IMG/VR virus record: IMGVR_UViG_3300045988_174937
Source of the DNA: a virus
DNA length: 64,000 bases
Strand: one strand, 5' to 3'
Under the pieces are notes generated by a model. The model saw nothing but the letters and a program-made list of their open reading frames with translations, made no database searches and was not told the DNA's origin. Positions 52,968 to 60,627 of this stretch are shown here, one piece after another. How positions within the stretch are numbered: the stretch's first letter is position 1; each line of letters begins with the position of its first letter. The position numbers were made by a program, and so were the translations under genes.

Positions 52968-54659
52968 ATGGCTATTATGATACAACCAGCCCTCCCCCAT
53001 CCTTCATTCGTTGAGCCATCGTATAACCATCGTTTGGCTTGCTTGGAACTTGTAGATGAAATAATACAAGCCATGGATGAACGCGGTCTCAACGAAATGA
53101 TGAATGGCGATGTTCGTGATGTAGATGCCGTTTTCGACGCACTTATGCAGGATACCTACCGCGTTCTATACACAGGCGATATGTCTATTGATTTTCGTCC
53201 CAGATATGAAGAGAATCTATCAGCGGTCGTTGAAGATACCCTACGATGCGCCAATTTGACGTATTTCATCACTTCGGTCATCCCCGATTTTCAACTATCG
53301 TGGCACCACCTGGAGTGGGGAGAGTTAGTACAGCAACACAAGAAATTGTGTATCAATGCTGCTCGTGACCACGGAAAGTCGTTCTATTTCTCCAACGCCT
53401 ACGCCGCGTGGCAGTTATATCGCTATACACGCCCGCGCACAAGGAGTTATTCAAAGCGACCCACGGCGGCTTCGTCTAACCGCGGTTTCTTGTTTTCGTT
53501 CTCTTTACAACAGGGAATCGACCTCATGGAGATTTTGAAGGGGACTATCGAGGAGAATGACATTCTGAAGGAGCGGCTGTTCCCTCAGTCTACGGCCAAC
53601 AGTTGGTCTGCTACCAACATCGTATGTCGTAATGGAGCGCGGTTGACGGTAAAGGGTTTTGGCTCTTCGGTGCGTGGTGCTCACCCGTACTGGATTATCG
53701 TCGATGACGGCTTGAAGGACAACGTCATCTACTCCAGTCTTCAGCGAAATAAGTCCACCGACTATTTCCACTCCGTGATTATGAACATGCTCGTACCCGG
53801 CGGCCAGATTATCGTCGTCGGTACGCCGTTCCACGCCGAGGACCTTTACGGCGACCTCAAGACCAAGAACGGTTGGTTCGTTATCGAGTATCCGGCCATC
53901 TTCCCCGACGGGCGAATCCTTTGGCCCCAGCGCTGGTCGTTCAAGGACCTGATGGATAAAAAGGAGACTCAGGGTTCAATCATCTTCTCGCGTGAGAACC
54001 TTTGCCGCCCGATTACCAACGAGTCGTCAATATTCCCGATGGAAATCCTCACGCGTTCGCTACTGCGGATGGAAAATTACACGTTGGTGGATTCACGCGA
54101 AGAATTCCCTGTTAAGTTCTCCAAGGTGGTGGTCGGGTGTGACTTCGCTATTTCAGCCAACGTCGGCGCCGACTACGCCGTATTCAGCGTGTGGGGTATC
54201 GACGAGTTGACCGACGAACGCTGGTTGTTACACCTCTACCGCGAAAAAGGTGTAAAGTTCTTCGAACAGATGAACGTCCTGCGCCGTATCAACTCCCACT
54301 TCCGGCCTGACCTTATCGTGATGGAGAATAACACATTCCAACAGATATTCGTTGAGACGGCCGACACCGAGGGGATGCCCGTTATCGGTCACACTACGGG
54401 AATTGATAAGTACGACTTGAAAACCGGGTGGCCACACCTCTCAACGCTATTCGAACGTGGCAAAATCCACATTCCAGTGGGCAACGTCTACTCTCAGCAG
54501 GTCAAGGACCTCATATTCCAAGACCTCGGTTCCGTTGCCTTTACCGAAAAGGGGCTGGAGAGCGTCGGCAGTCACGATGATATTTCGTCGTCGTTCTGGT
54601 TGGCCGACTTGGCGGCGTCGCGTATGACCACTGGATTTAAGTTCGATTTGTTAGGATAA
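52968..54659 (+). CDS. terL: terminase large subunit
   Basis: Walker A-like AARDHGKS, Walker B-like YWIIVDDG, nuclease-domain VVVGCDFAISANVGADYAVFSVWG. 563 aa. Confidence 0.75.
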   Translation: MAIMIQPALPHPSFVEPSYNHRLACLELVDEIIQAMDERGLNEMMNGDVRDVDAVFDALMQDTYRVLYTGDMSIDFRPRYEENLSAVVEDTLRCANLTYFITSVIPDFQLSWHHLEWGELVQQHKKLCINAARDHGKSFYFSNAYAAWQLYRYTRPRTRSYSKRPTAASSNRGFLFSFSLQQGIDLMEILKGTIEENDILKERLFPQSTANSWSATNIVCRNGARLTVKGFGSSVRGAHPYWIIVDDGLKDNVIYSSLQRNKSTDYFHSVIMNMLVPGGQIIVVGTPFHAEDLYGDLKTKNGWFVIEYPAIFPDGRILWPQRWSFKDLMDKKETQGSIIFSRENLCRPITNESSIFPMEILTRSLLRMENYTLVDSREEFPVKFSKVVVGCDFAISANVGADYAVFSVWGIDELTDERWLLHLYREKGVKFFEQMNVLRRINSHFRPDLIVMENNTFQQIFVETADTEGMPVIGHTTGIDKYDLKTGWPHLSTLFERGKIHIPVGNVYSQQVKDLIFQDLGSVAFTEKGLESVGSHDDISSSFWLADLAASRMTTGFKFDLLG

Positions 54660-54693
54660 CAAGGTTATTTTCGATGAATAAAACATAGAATGT

Positions 54694-55218
54694 ATGGTTG
54701 TTAAATTTAAGAAAGTGCACCCCGAAGCCGTACTGCCGGCGTATGCTCACCCTGACGGTGAGGATAACGGACTGGACCTCGTGGCTGTGGCCGTAAAGGA
54801 AACCGAAGATTACATCGAATACGATACCGGCATCGCCGCTGAAATCCCCAAGGGGTACTGCGGCCTGCTGGTCCCGAATTCGCGTTGTTCGAAAATGGAC
54901 CTGGTGATGTGTAACGCGCCGGGCGTTATCGACCCAGGCTATCGCGGTACGATGCGCGCTCGTTACAAGAAGACGTGGCACTTACCGACGTTAGTCCACA
55001 GGTTCTTCAAGAGCGTCTGCGGATTGCTTTCCAACGTCTTCGGCGAGGTCGCCGGAATGAAGCCTCAAAACGTGAATATGAATACCAAGGAATTCAAGGT
55101 GGGTGACGTTGTGGCCCAGCTGGTCATCGTCCCCGCGCCGTATATCGAAGTGGAGGAAGCCGACACGCTGACGCCCTCGCTGCGTGACGCCGGAGGATTC
55201 GGTTCAACGATTAAATAG
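54694..55218 (+). CDS. dut: dUTPase (trimeric type) with an insertion between motifs III and IV
   Basis: Motifs NGLDLVA, VPNSRCS, GVIDPGYRGT, VGDVVAQLVI, RDAGGFGST. About 25-30 extra residues (KKTWHLPTLVHRFFKSVCGLLSNVFGEVAGMKPQNV) follow motif III. Confidence 0.8.
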   Translation: MVVKFKKVHPEAVLPAYAHPDGEDNGLDLVAVAVKETEDYIEYDTGIAAEIPKGYCGLLVPNSRCSKMDLVMCNAPGVIDPGYRGTMRARYKKTWHLPTLVHRFFKSVCGLLSNVFGEVAGMKPQNVNMNTKEFKVGDVVAQLVIVPAPYIEVEEADTLTPSLRDAGGFGSTIK

Positions 55219-55220
55219 CC

Positions 55221-55817
55221 ATGAAAACGATTCTCTTACACAATCCCGCCAAACAGGACAACGTCGAAGCGATGGCCGACGCGCTGGTAGAGTCGATGCG
55301 TTACGCCAATAGCGCGGTTGATTATCCCGATGTTTCCAAGGCCAAGCCTGATGACGGCGTTCCGGCCGAGTGGTTCTACAAGGCATACGTCGGTACGGCC
55401 CCCACGTCGGAACTCACGGCCATTCTCCAGTACACGCAGCAGCGGATGATCTTTGACCAGATTGGCGAAACGTTCCTCGGTATCGCCCTCACTGAGATGA
55501 AGCACTACGACCGATTAGGCGACTTCATTAACCGTATCGGAGGTAACGTATCGCGACCTGCGTTTTCGGCAGCCAAAGTGGACATTACGACCAAAAGCGC
55601 GGCCGAAGCCGTCCAGATCAACATCCGCGCCGAGCAGGACACCATCGCCGAGTACGAAAAACTCATTCAGCGTATTCAGGCCAACAACCCTACACCAACT
55701 GTGACCTCGGCGTTGGCCATCCAACTTATCAACAAGATTGTCGCCGACGAGCACGTACACGTCCGTCTGTTGGCGGAGTTGGCGCAATCCCTCGGCGAGG
55801 AAGACACTACGTTATGA
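55221..55817 (+). CDS. ferritin-like protein (Mn-catalase/CotJC-like family)
   Basis: SELTAILQYTQQ...FLGIALTEMKHYDRLGDFINRIGG...RAEQDTIAEYEKLIQ...IVADEHVHVRLL matches the four-helix di-metal pattern of CotJC-type proteins. Confidence 0.5.
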   Translation: MKTILLHNPAKQDNVEAMADALVESMRYANSAVDYPDVSKAKPDDGVPAEWFYKAYVGTAPTSELTAILQYTQQRMIFDQIGETFLGIALTEMKHYDRLGDFINRIGGNVSRPAFSAAKVDITTKSAAEAVQINIRAEQDTIAEYEKLIQRIQANNPTPTVTSALAIQLINKIVADEHVHVRLLAELAQSLGEEDTTL

Positions 55818-56104
55818 AAGCCGACCTCCGGAAATATACCTCGCTGTTGTTAGCCGCTGTAAAGCGCATCGAAGCCGAACGCCCAGGAGTCATAGCCTGG
55901 GCGTCTCGTCAAGAACGGTGGTGGGAGTTGTGCGTCAGCGATTACGACCTTTACCGCAGTGAGGAATTTGCGCGCATAAAGAAAACCTATCGCCAGGCGT
56001 TGGCTGTTGCGGGCGGTGGTGAGTTGATATTCTGCTACGCTAAACCTGACGCCGAGCGGCTATACGAATTGGAGTTGAAAGGTAATTTGGTGATGGATTG
56101 TTAA
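55814..56104 (+). CDS. hypothetical protein
   Basis: 96-aa ORF with an ATGA overlap. Confidence 0.5.
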   Translation: MKADLRKYTSLLLAAVKRIEAERPGVIAWASRQERWWELCVSDYDLYRSEEFARIKKTYRQALAVAGGGELIFCYAKPDAERLYELELKGNLVMDC

Positions 56105-56120
56105 ATTTTCGCCAAAATAT

Positions 56121-56151
56121 TTTGTAGATTGTAAAATTCGTATTACCTTTG
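56121..56151 (+). promoter_or_regulatory. Bacteroidota-type promoter P4
   Basis: TTTG at 56121-56124, a 19-nt spacer, TACCTTTG at 56144-56151. About 45 bp are nearly identical to P2. Confidence 0.65.
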
Positions 56152-56183
56152 CTCTTGGAAAAGAATCGTAAAACAAAATCGTT

Positions 56184-57011
56184 ATGGAAACTACACAAGA
56201 CATCAACTCCATCCTTTCGAAACTGAAGAAACTGCAGCGGCTTTACGAAGGAGCAAAAGCTATCAATTCCGAGGCTGAGGCCGCTAACGCCGCCGCTAAA
56301 ATTCAGAACCTCCTCACCCAGTACAACCTTTCGATGGCCGATTTGGACTCGGTAGCCGATGACTCACAGAAAAGTAGCGTGACGGAGGACCAATTGGATG
56401 ACCGTTGGTCACGTAAGACTGGCGGCGCATGGGACCAACTCCTGTTGTATGGAATTTGTAAGTACAATTTCTGCTACACAATAGTCAGCCAAAAACATAC
56501 GAGCCGAATTACAAGCGGCGGCAGGCTTGTTTACGAGGTGCGTCGTAAATTCATCGTAATTGGCGAGCAACAGAACATCGAGGTTGTTAAGTGGCTATTC
56601 GCCGTATTATCTCGGCAATTGTACGAACTCTCCAAGAAGCGTTACAAGGAGTATTTGGCCGACGATTCACAGGCGTTGATTCGGTCGTTTACGGGCGAAA
56701 AGCGCATGTCTCCAGCCAAGTTCCATCGTTCGTATCTGGCGGGAGCGGCCAAAGGTGTTCAGGACCGCCTCAAGGAGGAGCGTGACCGCGAACTCCAGGC
56801 TCAAGTGCAGGTCAACGCGCTGGTGCTTCGTACGGACCAGAAATTGAACGATTACGTGGCCGAGAATTACAAGGACTTACGCTCGTCGCGTCCGATGCAT
56901 ATAGGCAGTGGCCACGCTATGGCGATGGGGCGTGAAGATGGCCGCAAGGTTAATATAACCCGCGGCGGTATCGCTGTTTCGAATACCAACCCTAACCAGA
57001 TAGCGCAATGA
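56184..57011 (+). CDS. DUF2786-like phage protein
   Basis: The N-terminus ILSKLKKLQRLYEGAKAINSEAEAANAAAKIQNLLTQYNLSMADL matches the DUF2786 pattern KI.KLLALAE...N..EAEAA..KAQ.L... Confidence 0.45.
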   Translation: METTQDINSILSKLKKLQRLYEGAKAINSEAEAANAAAKIQNLLTQYNLSMADLDSVADDSQKSSVTEDQLDDRWSRKTGGAWDQLLLYGICKYNFCYTIVSQKHTSRITSGGRLVYEVRRKFIVIGEQQNIEVVKWLFAVLSRQLYELSKKRYKEYLADDSQALIRSFTGEKRMSPAKFHRSYLAGAAKGVQDRLKEERDRELQAQVQVNALVLRTDQKLNDYVAENYKDLRSSRPMHIGSGHAMAMGREDGRKVNITRGGIAVSNTNPNQIAQ

Positions 57012-58000
57012 AAATAAACCTCGTATTTGACGGGAATTTCCTGTACCATCTGTCGTTCTCGATATTTTCGACGTACTACCGCAACGAAGACCTCTGTGAG
57101 GTCTTGGACGACCGCGAAAAGCGCCAGGTTCTGATACGTAAATGCGTGATGAACCTGTGCGCCGCGGTACGGCGATTTGGTGATGACGTAAACCGCGTGG
57201 TGGTAGTCATCGACTCCCACTCGTGGCGACGCGAGGTGTACGACGACTACAAGTACGCCCTCACGCGGGTGAAGGAACCGTGGAGCGACGCATTTGTAGA
57301 GGTCCTGGGTGAATTTGAAGCGTTATTGCGTAAACGCGGGTTAATCGTTACCCGCGTACCGGGTGCTGAGGGTGACGACCTGATGATGTTGTGGGCTTTC
57401 GCACTGGACGAACTCCCCGACGAAGAAACCGTAATACTCACAGCCGATAGCGATATTCGCCAGTTGATAACGCCAACGATTTCGGTCTTCAACTACAACT
57501 CCAAGTTCATGAAATTCTACGTCTTTCCGGGGAAAGATGGTTTTTGGAACGAACGCTTGGATGCCGATATCCAGGTCCTCACAACCGAGGCGCTGGAGGT
57601 CTTGCTGTATAAGGTGCTGATGGGGGATAAGTCGGATAATATCCCCAAGGTACGGCGCGGATTTGGTGATAAGGCGTTCAACCGTTTTATCGACGCGTTG
57701 AAGGGGGAACTGAACGGGCGTCTGCCGTCACCGACTGTATTCCAGGAGTACAGTTATACGAAGATGGCGTTGTGGATTCAATCCAAGTTCGAGAAATTTC
57801 TGGGTGCGCCGCTGAGTACCGAAGAAATTGGGCAAATTCTGTTCAACGTCAAGTTGACTTGGCTGTCGCCGTCGGTTTACGGCCCACGTCAGGAAGAACT
57901 GTTAATAGCGATGGCCGAGGAAATAGCCAACACGAAGGATTCGTACAACTATAAAAAGGCGTACACGCTTGAAGACTTCTACGGAATGTTAATAAAGTGA
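57008..58000 (+). CDS. 5'-3' exonuclease / flap endonuclease (T4 RNase H-like)
   Basis: NLVFDGNFL, VVVIDSHSWRREVYDDYK, PGAEGDDLM, LTADSDIRQL, LMGDKSDNIPKV. Confidence 0.7.
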   Translation: MKINLVFDGNFLYHLSFSIFSTYYRNEDLCEVLDDREKRQVLIRKCVMNLCAAVRRFGDDVNRVVVVIDSHSWRREVYDDYKYALTRVKEPWSDAFVEVLGEFEALLRKRGLIVTRVPGAEGDDLMMLWAFALDELPDEETVILTADSDIRQLITPTISVFNYNSKFMKFYVFPGKDGFWNERLDADIQVLTTEALEVLLYKVLMGDKSDNIPKVRRGFGDKAFNRFIDALKGELNGRLPSPTVFQEYSYTKMALWIQSKFEKFLGAPLSTEEIGQILFNVKLTWLSPSVYGPRQEELLIAMAEEIANTKDSYNYKKAYTLEDFYGMLIK

Positions 58001-58020
58001 TTAACCAAAGATAAGACGCT

Positions 58021-58221
58021 ATGAAAAAGTGGATGTGGATTCTGATTATCGCGGTGGTCTTGACGATTGCTGCGGTAGTTTACGCCCATGAGGCGAAGAT
58101 TATCCACACGCTGGTGGCTATCCTCTCGTTTGTGGCGGGAGTGGTGGCTCACTGGGCGTGGGGCAAATACGTGGCCGCCAAGGCCGTTAAACAGGTAAGT
58201 GGCGATGGAAAACATTCGTGA
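58021..58221 (+). CDS. small membrane protein
   Basis: 66 aa with two hydrophobic segments (WMWILIIAVVLTIAAVVYA; LVAILSFVAGVVAHWAW). Confidence 0.5.
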   Translation: MKKWMWILIIAVVLTIAAVVYAHEAKIIHTLVAILSFVAGVVAHWAWGKYVAAKAVKQVSGDGKHS

Positions 58222-58879
58222 CATCATCCTCGGTGCTCGGGCTGAACGCCAGGAGCACATGCTGAAAGGATTCGCCCCGGTGGCCGACGAAACCGAGAGC
58301 GACAAGGTTGAAAAGGGCGATAACGTCTTCGAGAAGATGGCCGACGCCATCGAGAAGTCGTGTTCCGACGACGCCGAAGAAGCCCTCCAGGCCGAAATCG
58401 AAAAGTCGGACATCATGAACGCCATCAGCGGTTACGATTCCAACATCAAGTTCGGTAAACTGGGTAAGGAAATCAAGGCCAAACTCAAGGCCGATGTCCT
58501 TCCGTCGCTTAACGCCAAACTGCAGGTACTCTCGGCTGAAATCGAGAGCAAACTTGAGGATTGTGGCGGCGTACCTACCGAAAGCGTTCCCGCGTGGTGG
58601 ACATCCGAAATCAAGATGGAATTGCCGTTCCGTATCTTCAGCTGGAAAGACCGCGATTGCAGTCCCGGTCCTCAACTGGCTGGCACGCTTGTCGGTGAGG
58701 AAAAGGAGAACCCGGTTACTCCCGAAATGTGCCGTTGCCGCGAGGAGTACAACGAAAAGGTACGCGAATACGCCAATGTGGCTACTGACGTCAAGGCGTG
58801 TGAAATCCTCGAGACCAATCTTTCCGACAACGAACGCTACCAGCTGTCACCTCGTCAGCTGACGGTGTTCGGGTTTTAG
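58205..58879 (+). CDS. hypothetical acidic protein
   Basis: ATG at 58205 inside ORF 58199..58879, which has a GTG start in the track. Confidence 0.55.
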   Translation: MENIRDIILGARAERQEHMLKGFAPVADETESDKVEKGDNVFEKMADAIEKSCSDDAEEALQAEIEKSDIMNAISGYDSNIKFGKLGKEIKAKLKADVLPSLNAKLQVLSAEIESKLEDCGGVPTESVPAWWTSEIKMELPFRIFSWKDRDCSPGPQLAGTLVGEEKENPVTPEMCRCREEYNEKVREYANVATDVKACEILETNLSDNERYQLSPRQLTVFGF

Positions 58880-58919
58880 TTTCTTTTCTGTTTCCATTTT
58901 GTTAGGTAGTTAGGACAGC

Positions 58920-58956
58920 GGCCCCGATTCGTAAGCGTTTCGGGGCCAAAGTTTTT
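58920..58956 (+). terminator. intrinsic terminator
   Basis: GGCCCCGA (58920-58927) pairs with TCGGGGCC (58940-58947), followed by AAAGTTTTT. Confidence 0.65.
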
Positions 58957-58962
58957 AACCGT

Positions 58963-59277
58963 ATGAACGCATGGAGATATTTCAAAATAGGTGACATCGT
59001 GACGGACCCCGAGGTGTGGGGCCGGACGACTTTTGTAATACGCTCGTTTCACGGCAACGACTACTGCCCATTAATCGCTGCAGAGTCCCTGAAACCAATC
59101 CGCGGTAAACGCATAAGGGTAAACCTCGGCGTACCTGAAACGCGACTTGTAAACGCCCCAAAACGTCCGTTGATGAAGATTGCGGATGATACGTTACGGA
59201 GGTTGGTCGGAAAAAGCACGGAAGCACGGCGTGAATTGTTAATTAGAACTTATCGTAAGCAAAATGGCGACATTTGA
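58963..59277 (+). CDS. hypothetical protein
   Basis: 104-aa ORF. Confidence 0.5.
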   Translation: MNAWRYFKIGDIVTDPEVWGRTTFVIRSFHGNDYCPLIAAESLKPIRGKRIRVNLGVPETRLVNAPKRPLMKIADDTLRRLVGKSTEARRELLIRTYRKQNGDI

Positions 59278-60274
59278 CCATTACCCCTGGGCTGATAAAC
59301 TACCTGCTGCCACACTTGACGTCAGCGAGGAGCACTATCACGATTTCTTCCGGACTATGTTTGAGCGTCAGATGATATGGAAGCGGCGGTTCCTGGACCA
59401 GAAGCCGCGTCCGTGGACTGATGACCCCATATTACGCGACTACAAATTCACCAACGTATATCGCGAACTGGACCGTAATTCACAGTGGCAGATACGCAAC
59501 ATCCTCCTGGACGACGAACTGACGTTGACGAATATGGTATGGAAGATGATGGTGTTCCGGTATTTCAACAATCCCCCGACGTTTGAATACGCACGTGAAA
59601 AGTACGGCTGGGGTGCAGGTATTCCGGATTACAACCAGTACGACGAGAAGACTTTTGCTGAAATGGTAGCGTCGTATCGGTTGTCGGGGCATAACCCCTT
59701 CACTACGGCTTATCTTATCAACTCGATGGCTGCGCCCGGTAAGACACGCGATGAATGTTACACAGGAACGGTCGTTCCTACGTTACATCGCCGTTTGTAT
59801 GAGCTGATGCGCGTTGTATTAACGGCAAAAACCCCTGAGGACATTATTCAGTTCCTAAGAACACTTCCAGCGTCAGCGGCGTTTATCGCTCATGAGTTCT
59901 ATCAGGATTTCACCTATATACCGCGCTACACTTATCGTCGTTTTATGCGCTTTACCCAGGATGACTACACTAACGTGGGTCCAGGTGCATCAACAGGATT
60001 ACGTTTGATATTTCCATCACTAAAATGTCAAGTAGATGGTATATATCGCCTGCGCGACGAAGCCGCAAAAGCGTTGTCTGTTTATGGAGATTTCCCTTAT
60101 CTGCACTGGCACAAACTGGAGAACGGGTACTACACTACACCGAATGGCGAATTAACGCTTCACCAAGTAGAGATGTGGTTGTGTGAGTATCAAAAGTATT
60201 GGAAAGTCAAAATCGGCCAAGGAAAGCAGCGGAGCCTTTTCCAGCCGCATACAAAAAGTGATGCATTTCAATGA
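59264..60274 (+). CDS. candidate DNA thymidine-hypermodification enzyme (aGPT-Pplase-like)
   Basis: FERQMIWKRRFLDQKPRPWTDDPILRDYKFTNVYRELDRNSQW matches the signature I recall for the alpha-glutamyl/putrescinyl thymine pyrophosphorylase family. This is recalled from memory and was not searched. Confidence 0.4.
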   Translation: MATFDHYPWADKLPAATLDVSEEHYHDFFRTMFERQMIWKRRFLDQKPRPWTDDPILRDYKFTNVYRELDRNSQWQIRNILLDDELTLTNMVWKMMVFRYFNNPPTFEYAREKYGWGAGIPDYNQYDEKTFAEMVASYRLSGHNPFTTAYLINSMAAPGKTRDECYTGTVVPTLHRRLYELMRVVLTAKTPEDIIQFLRTLPASAAFIAHEFYQDFTYIPRYTYRRFMRFTQDDYTNVGPGASTGLRLIFPSLKCQVDGIYRLRDEAAKALSVYGDFPYLHWHKLENGYYTTPNGELTLHQVEMWLCEYQKYWKVKIGQGKQRSLFQPHTKSDAFQ

Positions 60275-60594
60275 TAACGTTCCATCGACCAATAGAGGTG
60301 AAAGAATTCATGGGTATTGATTTTCAGTCTTTGGCTGAAGACCTTACTACGAGTGCCGCTAAACTTTGTGTTATAGGCACTTTTATTACTCCAATGACCG
60401 TTGATGAGGTTAAGATATTCAAACGGTTGTTGGAGTATATTCGTTTTGATGGCGAGTGGCAGGGAGCCTATGATGACCAGACCGATTATTACTACTGGAA
60501 TGGCCGAACGATTGTTATTTGGGGCGATATCGCAAACCAGGCGTTGATTTTGCAGCGCAATCAACGAAACGACGTTTTGGCATTCTTCCCCTAA
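60271..60594 (+). CDS. hypothetical protein
   Basis: 107-aa ORF with an ATGA overlap. A/T-rich. Confidence 0.5.
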   Translation: MITFHRPIEVKEFMGIDFQSLAEDLTTSAAKLCVIGTFITPMTVDEVKIFKRLLEYIRFDGEWQGAYDDQTDYYYWNGRTIVIWGDIANQALILQRNQRNDVLAFFP

Positions 60595-60627
60595 CACCAA
60601 TTATAGCAAAGCAAATTGGATAATATC

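Noticed and set aside
58103-58111. A perfect DnaA-box-like TTATCCACA
   Set aside because: It is a single copy inside the coding sequence of a small membrane protein, with no cluster or adjacent AT-rich unwinding element.
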